A DNA stretch of 64,000 nucleotides from an uncultured bacterium (GTDB lineage: Bacteria; Verrucomicrobiota; Verrucomicrobiia; Verrucomicrobiales; DEV007): assembly GCA_963977015.1 (NCBI GenBank), contig CAXBMO010000008.1:186329-250328 (forward strand), read 5' to 3'. How positions within the stretch are numbered: position 1 is the stretch's first letter; each line of letters opens with the position of its first letter. This document shows positions 48,787-57,947 of this stretch, one piece after another. The position numbers were made by a program, and so were the translations under genes. The notes beneath the pieces were generated by a model. The model was not told where the DNA came from, made no database searches, and saw only the letters and a program-made list of their open reading frames with translations.

Positions 48787-50568
48787 CTAGGCACCGAATT
48801 TGCCGCGCTCGAAGATCCAGAGGAACTCCTGGTCTCCACGTTTGGGGTCGGTGTAGTCTGTCAGGACGGTGAGATGAATCTGCTCCGTCTTCTTCATCTC
48901 CAAGATGTAGGTCGTTTTGCAGAAGCCGTGATCAACCGTCACCTTCAACGGTTGGGCGTTGGCTCCAGCCAAGGCCGACTCACGGTCGATGGGGAGAACT
49001 GCTCTTGAGATTGGTGACTTGGAGATCCCGCCACCCTGCATGCCCCATACGCTAAGCGTGATATCGCCGACATCGTGGATTCGAAGTTGGAGAGTTCCTC
49101 GGCTACCTTCGTCCTGATTGCGCCAGTAACCTAACCAACCTTCATTACCCTCATTGTCAGTCGTGGCTGGTGCGTTCTCCTGGGGCTGCGTTTCCGCGTA
49201 GGTTCCCCTTACAAAATAGTATTCACCCTGACGTTCTCCGCGCCCGGAGTCATCGGTATAGCGGGTGGATGACTTCAGGACGAGTGCCTTCTCGGTTAAC
49301 CTGAGTTCGTAGTGCACCGTTTTGAAGCTGTAGGTCTTGGTGGTTTCGACCGCTGGGGAATTGGGTGTGGCGGAACGGACCTGATCAACGAGGACGGGAA
49401 TTCGAATCAGGGTTGGGCTCTTGCTGATCTCCTGCCCCGTGGACGGCCATAGTTTCATCACGACGGTATCATCATCGGCAACAAGATCGATCTGCTTCAT
49501 GTAGTCACTGCCGGGATTAAGGGCTCGCCAGGAGCCGAGCATTCCCGTGCCGGTCGTCGGATTCGCCGCCAGAGTTTGTTGCGGAACCAACACCACGCTG
49601 CCGGAGAAGATGCCGAGGGCGATGACCAGACCGCAGGATGCAAGCAGGCGGAAGCCTGAGGCCGGGCTTTGTTTCACCGTTCGTTGCACACCATCCAACC
49701 GACGCCGCAAATCCGACTTCTTTCGAAACAAACTTGGCGTAACGCCCTGAACTGGGATCCAGAGGAGGGCGAAGCGGGCAATCGTTGCCCGATACGCATC
49801 GGCACCGCCATGCCGGGCTGCAGCCGCATCGCGGGCATCCTCACAGGCCTGAAGGTGACGGGCGTTCAGCCACCACGCCAGGGGGTGAAACCAGAGCACT
49901 TTGGTGAGGGCGCTCATGAGCGGAAGCCAGCGATGATCGTTGGCCCGGAGGTGTGCAGCTTCGTGGCGCAAGACGTGAACCAGAGCCAGATCCACTTCCG
50001 TATCGTTCGAGACATCGGACGGGAGAATGAGGTCTCCACGGGAAGTCAGGTGAGGGGAGCGAGCGTCATCGGCAATCAGAGCCGCGGTCGGTTTCTGATC
50101 GAAATCGTGACAGACGTTTGACCAGAGTTGCTGGATTTTTTGCGGCGCGGGTTTCATCAGTCTTTCTGTGCTTGCGACTCGAATCTGACTTGCAACCTGT
50201 CGGAGCAGCAGGCCGACGGCGATCACGGCCCAGATCAAACCGAAAATCGTCGAAGCAGAAAGTGACGGCGCGGTCGCGGCGGGCGCTGCGATTGCAGTTG
50301 TTTCAGGAGATTGGGGAGCGGCCACACTCATCGGAAACGTCTCCGGAACCGCAGCTTGAGACGTCGGAATGGCTGTCGTTGCGGCGGCCTTCCAAACTGG
50401 CAGTTTCAAATTCGGTCCCATGACAGTTGTGATCATTAGCAGGAGTGCGGCGAAGAAAACCGATCGGGTGAGAAGAAGCCTCCAGGTCGGCTCAGCGCGT
50501 TTAAGGGCGAAAATGAGGATCGCTGTCGCCAGAAGCAAGAGCGTGAGACGGATGAGTATTTCGGTCAT
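48787..50568 (-). CDS. M56 (BlaR1/MecR1-like) membrane metallopeptidase with duplicated extracytoplasmic domain
   Basis: TM segments, HEAAH zinc motif, WFHPLAW, CEDARD, L.RRL; overlaps the blaI-like gene by 4 nt. Confidence 0.9.
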   Translation of the reverse strand: MTEILIRLTLLLLATAILIFALKRAEPTWRLLLTRSVFFAALLLMITTVMGPNLKLPVWKAAATTAIPTSQAAVPETFPMSVAAPQSPETTAIAAPAATAPSLSASTIFGLIWAVIAVGLLLRQVASQIRVASTERLMKPAPQKIQQLWSNVCHDFDQKPTAALIADDARSPHLTSRGDLILPSDVSNDTEVDLALVHVLRHEAAHLRANDHRWLPLMSALTKVLWFHPLAWWLNARHLQACEDARDAAAARHGGADAYRATIARFALLWIPVQGVTPSLFRKKSDLRRRLDGVQRTVKQSPASGFRLLASCGLVIALGIFSGSVVLVPQQTLAANPTTGTGMLGSWRALNPGSDYMKQIDLVADDDTVVMKLWPSTGQEISKSPTLIRIPVLVDQVRSATPNSPAVETTKTYSFKTVHYELRLTEKALVLKSSTRYTDDSGRGERQGEYYFVRGTYAETQPQENAPATTDNEGNEGWLGYWRNQDEGSRGTLQLRIHDVGDITLSVWGMQGGGISKSPISRAVLPIDRESALAGANAQPLKVTVDHGFCKTTYILEMKKTEQIHLTVLTDYTDPKRGDQEFLWIFERGKFGA

Positions 50569-51005
50569 TGGTCTTTGTTGGAGTTTGGGGATTGGGTTGA
50601 TGTGGGGAAAGATTCTGCAATTTTTCGCAGTTCGCGCGCCTCTTCAGCGCTCAGCGATTCGTCCTGCAAAAGTTGCGCAAAGAGTCCGATGCGAGAACCG
50701 CTTCCGAAGACTTTGGCGAGTCCGGTCAACATTTCTGCCATCGCCGTGGTTTTGGGCCGGCGGGCAACGTAGAAGTAGGCTTTACCCTGCTTTTCGCGCT
50801 CCAGGTCGCCACGTTCCAGCATCACCGCGAGCACGGAACGCAGCGTCGCGTTCTCGATCGGCCATTCAAAGCGCGCCTCGATTTCGGCGGGCTTCAGCGC
50901 AGTATCGCTATTCCAGAGAATCTGCAGAACATGCAGCTGGGTACGGTTGAAATCGGGGATTTCAGCAGCATCAACTGGGGGAGAAGATTCCGGGGGTTCG
51001 TGCAT
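50565..51005 (-). CDS. BlaI/MecI/CopY family transcriptional repressor
   Basis: QL.VLQILW, EI, TLRSVL..MLERG.LER.KQGKAYFY, LSAEE..EL. Confidence 0.9.
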   Translation of the reverse strand: MHEPPESSPPVDAAEIPDFNRTQLHVLQILWNSDTALKPAEIEARFEWPIENATLRSVLAVMLERGDLEREKQGKAYFYVARRPKTTAMAEMLTGLAKVFGSGSRIGLFAQLLQDESLSAEEARELRKIAESFPTSTQSPNSNKDQ

Positions 51006-51010
51006 GGATA

Positions 51011-51066
51011 TGTGAGAAAATCACACATCAACATGCGTGACAAGCATAATGTGTGAAAAAATCACA
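51011..51066. promoter_or_regulatory. Two palindromic operators TGTGA-N5-TCACA upstream of the blaI-like gene
   Basis: TGTGAgaaaaTCACA at 51011-51025 and TGTGAaaaaaTCACA at 51052-51066, flanking a minus-strand TTGTCA (51043-51038). Confidence 0.7.
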
Positions 51067-51141
51067 TGTTAACCGGAATCCATGCTTTCGATCCCGCTTC
51101 TCGCGACCATGATCGCGCGGCGTAGCGCAGCGCCGTGAGCC

Positions 51142-51357
51142 TTATTCCGATTCGGGCAACCCCCGATCAAGAATCTCCTGAGCCTGATCCAGTTGGTTCT
51201 CGGGAACTTCAATCCGGATCGAAGACTGTATCGCGCCAAGAGCGTTGCCACCGAACGCATTGTCATCAATCACCGTTGCATCGATTCCTTCATTGCTGAG
51301 AACGGTTCGAATGACGTGTGCCTGTTCGGCCGTGGAGAACGTTTTGAGGATGACCAT
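51142..51357 (-). CDS. DUF2007-like small protein
   Basis: TFS...QA.VIR..L..EGI.A.V.D, I.IEV....LDQA.EIL. Confidence 0.8.
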   Translation of the reverse strand: MVILKTFSTAEQAHVIRTVLSNEGIDATVIDDNAFGGNALGAIQSSIRIEVPENQLDQAQEILDRGLPESE

Positions 51358-51362
51358 GCTTC

Positions 51363-51998
51363 TTAGACGCTGGTCGTCTTCAGTCCTTGGCGAAACTCGC
51401 GAATGGCGCGGGTAACGGATGGAAGTTGGGCGCAGTATTCCACCAGCGTGATGTTCAGCTGGGGGAAAATTTCGCTTTCCTCGGAAGTCTCGTAGTCCGT
51501 TTCCTCATCGTTGAGCAGATACACCGAGAGCTGATTGTATTCCCAAATCCAAAGTTCCGGTACCCGAAACCGCGCATAGAAATTGTCGTAGTAAATCGCC
51601 TTACTGGGAACGACTTCCAGCACCAGATCCGGACGTTCACCCATGTCGGGATTTTTTCCGAACCAAAACGCCTCATCGGCAACTTTGCAGGCTTTGGCGT
51701 GTTGGAAGCCGATCTTGGACAACGAGCGTCGCTCAAAATCCATGCTCAGGCGAATCGAGTAATCCTCAACCAACCGGCCGAGAATCCGGCGAATCTTTGC
51801 CTGCGAATCGGACGATCGAACGATTTCAAGGATGTCGTCGCAGTAGCTCACCCGGCCATAGCCAAGCTGTTCGAACCGATTCGTAAAGCGGTCGTAGTCG
51901 TCCCAATCTGCGTCGTGTAAGACCATGTGACGACCATCAAACACCATCTGCTCCAATACAGGCCGATCACTTTGGTTGCTGGTAGGTTCCGCACTCAT
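51363..51998 (-). CDS. Uma2-family endonuclease-like protein
   Basis: W.DY, RVSY.D.ILEI, ADEAF, PDLVLEV, Y....VPELWIW, SEIFP. Confidence 0.8.
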   Translation of the reverse strand: MSAEPTSNQSDRPVLEQMVFDGRHMVLHDADWDDYDRFTNRFEQLGYGRVSYCDDILEIVRSSDSQAKIRRILGRLVEDYSIRLSMDFERRSLSKIGFQHAKACKVADEAFWFGKNPDMGERPDLVLEVVPSKAIYYDNFYARFRVPELWIWEYNQLSVYLLNDEETDYETSEESEIFPQLNITLVEYCAQLPSVTRAIREFRQGLKTTSV

Positions 51999-52102
51999 CG
52001 CGGGAACTATCCTATCGCGTAGCAGAGAGTACGTAAAGTGCCCAATGCGAAGAGTGCGTTTTGGTGACTCGAACCGAAAAAGGGACTCAGCCTGCGCTGA
52101 AC

Positions 52103-52483
52103 TCAGCTATTGTCGGAAGCGTTGTTTTCCAGGCTTTTCGCGAGGGAAAGCAAGGCATGTGAGACGGTGGTCATCCACAAATGCGCTTTTCTGTTCTCAA
52201 ACGCGGTTTTCCATTCGCGGTAACTTTTTTCCCAATTGTGGGGAGCCGCGTTTTCGCAAATGAGTTCACCAACGCTTTCTTCGACCGCCTCCTCTGTAAA
52301 CGGGATGTGGGCCAGCCAGGTCGTGAATCCGAGTGGCGAATACGGTGTCGTTACCATCACTCCATCGAGGCACAGATGAACCACGCGACCAAAAGTCGGA
52401 TCTTCCTCGATCTTACAGATGGTAAGAGTCGCATCCGGGACCGAATAATCAGAGATCTGATACTTTTGACCTTCCTTTAACAT
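52103..52483 (-). CDS. Hypothetical protein
   Basis: 126 aa ORF (GQ.Y, TL.ICKIE, HIPFTEEAV..SV, Y..WK) co-oriented with neighbours. Confidence 0.75.
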   Translation of the reverse strand: MLKEGQKYQISDYSVPDATLTICKIEEDPTFGRVVHLCLDGVMVTTPYSPLGFTTWLAHIPFTEEAVEESVGELICENAAPHNWEKSYREWKTAFENRKAHLWMTTVSHALLSLAKSLENNASDNS

Positions 52484-52539
52484 GTGTGCAAAGAGCTACA
52501 ACCTGATGTTAGGCGAGTCAAACAACCACTGAAGCTAAC

Positions 52540-53901
52540 CTAGCCATCCTGAGGCGGCTGCATCGAAAGGTAGCGCTCCACCCAGCCAATGTTGTACTCG
52601 CCGCTTCGGAAGTCCGAGTTCTTGAGGATCGAATCCTGGAACGGAATCGTCGTCTTGATTCCTTCAATCTTGAATTCGCTGAGCGCGCGGGTCATCCGGG
52701 CAATTGCGATGTCACGAGTCGCGCCCGTCACAATCAGCTTTGCGATCATGGAGTCATAGTAAGGCGGCACCTCGTAGCCGGTGTAGACATGGGTATCGAC
52801 GCGAACGCCTCTTCCGCCCGGCGTGTAGAAAAAGTCAATCTTACCAGGGCTGGGGGTAAAGTTGTTGTAGGGATCCTCCGCGTTGATCCGGCATTCGATG
52901 GAGTGATGGCGCGGTTGGCTGTTGCGAACGTGCTCGCTCAGCGGGTAACCCGCGGCAATCCGAATCTGCTCCTTGATCAAATCGCAGCCGTGAACTTCCT
53001 CGGTAATGGGATGCTCCACCTGAATCCGGGTGTTCATCTCCATGAAGTAGAAGTTGCCGTCGTCATCCACGAGATACTCGATCGTTCCGCAGTTTTCGTA
53101 ACCGATCTTTTTCGCGAGATTGACGGTCGCCTCACCCATCCGGACCCGCAGTTCTTCGGTGAGTAGGGGGGAGGGGCATTCCTCAATGATCTTCTGGTTG
53201 CGGCGTTGCAGGGAGCAATCGCGTTCGCCAAGGTGGACGACGTTTCCATGGGCGTCGGCGACCAACTGGAATTCGATGTGGTGAGGATCGACGATGAACT
53301 TCTCGATGTAGACATCGGAATTGCCGAAACAGGCTTCGGCCTCGGCGCGCGCCGCGTTGAATCCGGTCCGCAGGCTCGCTTCGTTGTTGGCCGGGCGCAT
53401 TCCACGACCACCACCACCCGCAGTGGCCTTGATCATGACGGGATACCCCATTTCCTCAGCCAACTGCATTGCTTCTTCCTCCGTCGCGACGATGCCGTCA
53501 CTTCCTGGCGTCACCGGCACCCCGGCTGCAGTTGCCGTTGCCCGTGCCTGGTTCTTGTCACCCATCATGGCGATGACTTCTGCGGAAGGGCCGATGAACT
53601 TGATCTTACAGCTATCGCAAATTTGGGCGAACTTGGCGTTTTCGGAGAGGAAACCGTACCCGGGGTGGATCGCCTCAACGTTGGCGATCTCCGCCGCGCT
53701 GATGATGGCGTCTGCCTTGAGGTAACTTTGCGAGCTTGGGCCAGGTCCAATGCAAATCGCATCGTCAGCCAGTTGAACGTGCATGGAATCGACATCAGCG
53801 GTCGAATAAACGGCCACCGTACGGACGCCGAGTTCCTTGCAGGCTCGTATTACCCGGAGCGCAATTTCCCCCCGGTTTGCCACCAGAACTTTCGTGAACA
53901 T
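52540..53901 (-). CDS. accC: Acetyl-CoA carboxylase, biotin carboxylase subunit
   Basis: [60 protein letters not shown]. Confidence 0.98.
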   Translation of the reverse strand: MFTKVLVANRGEIALRVIRACKELGVRTVAVYSTADVDSMHVQLADDAICIGPGPSSQSYLKADAIISAAEIANVEAIHPGYGFLSENAKFAQICDSCKIKFIGPSAEVIAMMGDKNQARATATAAGVPVTPGSDGIVATEEEAMQLAEEMGYPVMIKATAGGGGRGMRPANNEASLRTGFNAARAEAEACFGNSDVYIEKFIVDPHHIEFQLVADAHGNVVHLGERDCSLQRRNQKIIEECPSPLLTEELRVRMGEATVNLAKKIGYENCGTIEYLVDDDGNFYFMEMNTRIQVEHPITEEVHGCDLIKEQIRIAAGYPLSEHVRNSQPRHHSIECRINAEDPYNNFTPSPGKIDFFYTPGGRGVRVDTHVYTGYEVPPYYDSMIAKLIVTGATRDIAIARMTRALSEFKIEGIKTTIPFQDSILKNSDFRSGEYNIGWVERYLSMQPPQDG

Positions 53902-53932
53902 GATTTTCTAGGTAAAAAGCGAAACTTGGCCC

Positions 53933-54412
53933 TTAAGCGGGCTTGATCACAAAAAGCGGATCATCGTATTGGACTGCCTGAGCGTTGTCGACCAGCACTT
54001 TGACGATCGTCCCCCGACATTCGGCTTTGATCTCGTTGAAGGTCTTCATCGCTTCGATCATGCAGACGGTCGTATTTTCATCCACTTCACTGCCGACTGA
54101 GACGAACGGCGGCGATTCCGGATCCGGAGACGAGTAAAACGTTCCCACCATCGGTGCCTTGATGTGATCTCCTTCGGGCTCGGCTGCGGCATCTCCTCCA
54201 GCGGGAGGCGACATCGGCTGGACCGGGGGCAGGGCAACGGGGCCCGTCGTAAGTTGCGCAGGCGGACCCGCAGCGCGCAGCATATCCTGCATGGCGTCCA
54301 AATCGGCACCTTTTTTCAGCTTCAAACGGAAGCCATCCTTCTCTACATGAAAGTAGGAGAGCTCGTGCTTGTTCATAAGCTCCACAATTTGTCTGATCTC
54401 TTTTAAGTCCAA
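53933..54412 (-). CDS. accB: Acetyl-CoA carboxylase, biotin carboxyl carrier protein
   Basis: APMVGTFY, IEAMKTFNEI; probable TTG start at 54412 preceded by GGAGGAG. Confidence 0.96.
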   Translation of the reverse strand: MDLKEIRQIVELMNKHELSYFHVEKDGFRLKLKKGADLDAMQDMLRAAGPPAQLTTGPVALPPVQPMSPPAGGDAAAEPEGDHIKAPMVGTFYSSPDPESPPFVSVGSEVDENTTVCMIEAMKTFNEIKAECRGTIVKVLVDNAQAVQYDDPLFVIKPA

Positions 54413-54621
54413 AGCGGTCTCCTCCAAAGGTTGTTGGTTTGGCGTACGTTTAGGTGTCTTCTTCACTCTTGGCTAGCGTGTTGGGGCCTGACCCTGTCGT
54501 CAAGTGTATCCAGCGGGAAAAATCTGGGAATTACGATTCTCACACACCGTTACTTAATTTGGGTAAGGTCGCTGCCATTCTCCCGACACAGTAAGCACTT
54601 TCAACCGTTAAAATTGCACCC

Positions 54622-55206
54622 ATGAAATTCATTCCATCAATTATCGCCGCATTTGGCCTCCTTTCGTCCTTCAGTTCCCCCGTTTTCGCCGCCGATACTT
54701 ATGAAGTTTCCGCCGGAATGTCCTACGTTCTGTTCAAGGTTCGTCACTTTGGCGTCAGCAACGCTTTTGGCCGTTTCAACGAGTTCAGCGGGACCGTCAC
54801 GGGAGATCCCGCATCACCCGAAGGGGCGAAAATTGAGTTTGAAGTGGCGGCCGCCAGTGTCGATACCGGCATCGAGGATCGCGACAATCACCTTCGCGGG
54901 CCGGATTTTTTCAACGCCAAAGAATTTCCGCAAATCACCTTCAAAAGCACCTCGGTCGCACCCGTCGATGGAAAAGAGGGCCTGTACAAATTGAGTGGCG
55001 ACCTCACCTTGCTCGGAATCACCAAACCGGTCACGGCGGAATTCGCCTATTTCGGGACCGGAACCGGCGTCAAAGGCAAAGCCATTGCCGGCGGAGAGGC
55101 AACGTTCGTCATCAAACGCACCGATTTTGGGATGAGCTACGGCACCCCGGATGCGCTCGGCGACGAAGTCACGATCACGGTCGCGCTTCAGGGCGCCAAA
55201 AAATAA
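54622..55206 (+). CDS. YceI family protein, secreted
   Basis: Signal peptide; FKVRH.G, GRF.EFSG, SVDTG..DRDNHLR..DFF, GDLTL.G.TK.V, R.DFG. Confidence 0.93.
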   Translation: MKFIPSIIAAFGLLSSFSSPVFAADTYEVSAGMSYVLFKVRHFGVSNAFGRFNEFSGTVTGDPASPEGAKIEFEVAAASVDTGIEDRDNHLRGPDFFNAKEFPQITFKSTSVAPVDGKEGLYKLSGDLTLLGITKPVTAEFAYFGTGTGVKGKAIAGGEATFVIKRTDFGMSYGTPDALGDEVTITVALQGAKK

Positions 55207-55233
55207 GCTTCCTCCGCTTCACGGGATCCCCGC

Positions 55234-56121
55234 ATGCAGGAAATGCTCAAACTGGCCGCCCTGGCCTTTCTTCCCGCGGGAATTCTCGCCACTTTCAGTT
55301 TCGCCGTCGGTTGGATTCGGCGGCGAAACGAGATTGCGCCCCAGTGTTGCGCATATTGGCCCGATTGGAGCGCTTTGGGCGTCTCCGTCGCCTTTCTCTG
55401 GGGCTACCTCGTCATCAACCAAACCTGGGTTCCGAACCCGGGACGGGGAATCATCCACTGGCTGCCCTGGCTTCTGATTCTCGGCCTCGTTCTTGGTCCG
55501 GCGTCCCGCTGCTGCTCCAGGGTCTTTCGACTCGCCGCACTCGGCCTCACCCTGGTGCTCCTCGTCCTGTTCTTCGGCAAAATCGCCTCGGCCTACCCCA
55601 ACTGGTCGACCGGCGAAGCGATCCTCGTCATCGGCGGAACCAGCCTGCTTGTGTTGGGCATGGTTTTTGCGAACCTCCGCCCGGCAATTGCCAATCTTCC
55701 CGCCTGGAACACGTTTCTGGTCTACGGACTCGTCATCGCGGCCGCCATCCCTTCCTTCTTCATCGCCGGCAGTTCCAAATGGGCACAGGTCATCGCCGTC
55801 GTGGGATTGATCTGCATCCCCGGATTTCTGATCGCCCTCAAGCGTGAAGCCAGGCTTGGCGCATCGGCGATTTTCCAACTTACCACCGTCGTCTGGGCCT
55901 TGCTCGTCTACGTCTACTTCTTCACCGACTACCTGCCCCTCGGCGCCTTCCTCATCCTCCTCCTGGGGCCGGCCGTTGCCCTCGCGATCCTCAGCCTCAC
56001 CAATTCAAGCCCGAAACGGAAGATGTGGCTCGTTGTTGCCTTTGTCGGCCTTGGCATGGCGGGCGCGTTGGCAGTCGCGCTCACGAAGAGCGCAGCGCCA
56101 CCACCTTCTCCCTACCTGTAA
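55234..56121 (+). CDS. Polytopic membrane protein of unknown function
   Basis: 295 aa with about 10 hydrophobic segments. Confidence 0.8.
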   Translation: MQEMLKLAALAFLPAGILATFSFAVGWIRRRNEIAPQCCAYWPDWSALGVSVAFLWGYLVINQTWVPNPGRGIIHWLPWLLILGLVLGPASRCCSRVFRLAALGLTLVLLVLFFGKIASAYPNWSTGEAILVIGGTSLLVLGMVFANLRPAIANLPAWNTFLVYGLVIAAAIPSFFIAGSSKWAQVIAVVGLICIPGFLIALKREARLGASAIFQLTTVVWALLVYVYFFTDYLPLGAFLILLLGPAVALAILSLTNSSPKRKMWLVVAFVGLGMAGALAVALTKSAAPPPSPYL

Positions 56122-56217
56122 CCCCGTCGGGCTGTCCCCATACGCATTGCCTGTCCTGTCATTGCCCCCCATCACGTGACGGTAGGGCAGGGAGGTGCGG
56201 ATCTTCCATCCGTCTCG

Positions 56218-56393
56218 GAGCCTGTTGCTTCGCGAGGTTGAAATGCGGTTAGACTTGGGCGCGTTTGAAAATGAGGTCGAGACGCGAAGCCAATTTCCGT
56301 TAAGAGGAACAACTCGCACGTCGTCGTCATTTTCTAACGCTCCCCAGGGTAAAACCGAACAACGATGCGGAACGCATCCTCGCCAACAGCCTC
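56218..56393. mobile_element. MITE-like hairpin element
   Basis: Ends GAGCCTGTTG/CAACAGCCTC; inner inverted arms TTGGGCGCGTTTGAAAATGA.. / ..TCATTTTCTAACGCTCCCCAG. Confidence 0.55.
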
Positions 56394-56605
56394 GGATTTT
56401 AACCCGAAGAATCGAGTTCGCCCCTGAATCCTGTCCTGAACGGACAGCCAAAAACGTCTCCAACTCCCAACCGGCGTCCGGACCCCGGTATTTTCAGCAT
56501 CGTGTCTTACGAATCAGAAAAGAAAACACGACTGAGGGAAAATCCTCATCAACAGGGCGAAACCCCACACCCGAATCCCCCTTATCGACCCAAAAACGCC
56601 CCAAC

Positions 56606-56878
56606 TCGAAACGTCAGAACTGCGAGTCGAAACCTCCTTCGCCTCACTCGAAACCTCTTCTACGCCACCCGAAACGTCAGTTTTGCGAGCCGAAGCACCA
56701 GAATTGCGAGTCGAAACTTCCGACGCCCCACCCAAAGCCTCTTTTACGCCACTCGAAACGTCAGTTCTGCGAGCCGAAGCGCCAAACGTGCGAGTCGAAA
56801 CCTCCGACGCCCCACCCGAAGCCTCTTTTACGCCACTCGAAACGTCAGTTCTGCGAGCCGAAGCTCCCATCGTGAGAG
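56606..56878. repeat. Degenerate 21-bp tandem repeat (13 units) with 84-bp higher-order period
   Basis: Units begin (T/C)CGAA(A/G)C; e.g. TCGAAACGTCAGTTCTGCGAG recurs at 84-bp spacing. Confidence 0.9.
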
Positions 56879-56959
56879 ACAAAGTCACTTCCTAACAAGT
56901 CGGAACCGTCGCTTTAAGGGAAATTCTCAGTTTTGGAGAGGCCATTTCCTCGAAGATCA

Positions 56960-57167
56960 AGTGCATCATCCGGGAAATAACCGGAATACTTCGCGAGAGA
57001 TTTTGTTCGAGTTCCAGGCGCGAAGAAGGAACGAAGCGAGCTTCGGGACTGATGAAGCAACGCAGAAATCGGGCAAAAGATCCGCGATCTCCACTCCATG
57101 CGAAGCGAAGGGCCTATTTCTTAATCCAAAACGGTTAGTGTGCCGGTTAGTTTCCGGATGATGCACT
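56960..57167. mobile_element. MITE-like element with 25-bp terminal inverted repeats
   Basis: AGTGCATCATCCGGGAAATAACCGG (56960-56984) / CCGGTTAGTTTCCGGATGATGCACT (57143-57167); nested inner stems. Confidence 0.7.
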
Positions 57168-57453
57168 AATCCCCCCCAGATCCCCCGAACCATCGGGCAA
57201 ACCAGACGAACCCGGTTAGCCAATCCCCAATCACTCCAGCCACTCAACCCCCCCCGTCTCCTCCATTCCTTCCCTCTCTCCTCCTCCCCTCAAGGCGTCC
57301 CCCGCCGTCGCGCTCGTAGCGCCGTTGCGAGACCATCACCCAAACTCCTCGCACCGTTTCCACCGCCCTTGATTCGTAATCGAATACGTCTCCTCCCTTC
57401 CTCCCCTCAAGGTGCCTCCCGCCGTCGCGCTCATAGCGCCGTTGCGAGACCAT

Positions 57454-57516
57454 CACCCCAGCCACCCCAGCCACCCCAGCCACCCCAGCCACCCCAGCCA
57501 CCCCAGCCACCCCAGC
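57454..57516. repeat. 9-bp tandem repeat (CACCCCAGC x7)
   Basis: Seven perfect copies read directly. Confidence 0.95.
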
Positions 57517-57534
57517 TGTAGCGAACGCTCCGCA

Positions 57535-57746
57535 GCAGCCCAACGGGCTGAGACATGCCAGCCCAGAGGCAAGCGAGAAACGAGCGCCGCCCTGGGATTA
57601 CCGAAGGGAAGAAACGGACCCTGAAAGGGGCCGACAACCGATGTCCAGGCCCTCCAGGGCTCATGATATTTATCGAACTTTACCCCGGCCCGCCGGGCGT
57701 CCCGCCCTCTGGCCGGGGCTGGCATGTCTCAGCCCTTCAAGGCTGC
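57535..57746. mobile_element. REPIN/MITE-like element
   Basis: Perfect 20-bp IR GGGCTGAGACATGCCAGCCC (57545-57564)/GGGCTGGCATGTCTCAGCCC (57716-57735); internal CCCTGAAAGGG and GCCCTCCAGGGC hairpins. Confidence 0.7.
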
Positions 57747-57947
57747 CTTTTGGGCAGACCGCTCAAGTCTCATACGAACCCGGTTAGGCAAATCCCCAAT
57801 CACTCCAGCCCCTCAATCACCGCCGTCGCGCTCATAGCGCCGTTGCGAGACCATCACCCCTCCTCAGCCCCCGCCGTTGCCACCCCCCTTGATTCGTAAT
57901 CGAATACGTCTCCTCCCTTCCTCCCCTCAAGGCAACCCTCGGACATC

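Larger units (their letters stand above)
57206..57932. repeat. Mosaic of dispersed direct repeats (39 bp x3, 47 bp x2, ~42 bp x2)
   Basis: CGCCGTCGCGCTCRTAGCGCCGTTGCGAGACCATCACCC at 57303, 57420, 57821; CCCTTGATTCGTAATCGAAT..CCCTCAAGG at 57366, 57886; ACGAACCCGGTTAG..CTCAA at 57206, 57774. Confidence 0.9.

Noticed and set aside
51011-51066. Canonical CRP sites
   Set aside because: Spacer is 5 bp in both copies, not 6; position fits autoregulation better
322-54406. Long antisense and alternate-frame ORFs (e.g. 7645-9021, 18105-19370, 25463-27034, 28530-29978, 35231-36451)
   Set aside because: Shadows of confidently identified genes, expected with GC-rich codon usage
56195-57899. ORFs in the repeat region (e.g. 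56195-56875, 56502-57161, 57244-57543)
   Set aside because: They run across hairpin elements and tandem repeats whose period is a multiple of 3, which keeps frames open; no recognisable protein features
57206-57932. CRISPR array
   Set aside because: Only three 39-bp repeats with irregular spacing (117 and 401 bp), intervening sequences are themselves repeated, and no cas genes are present
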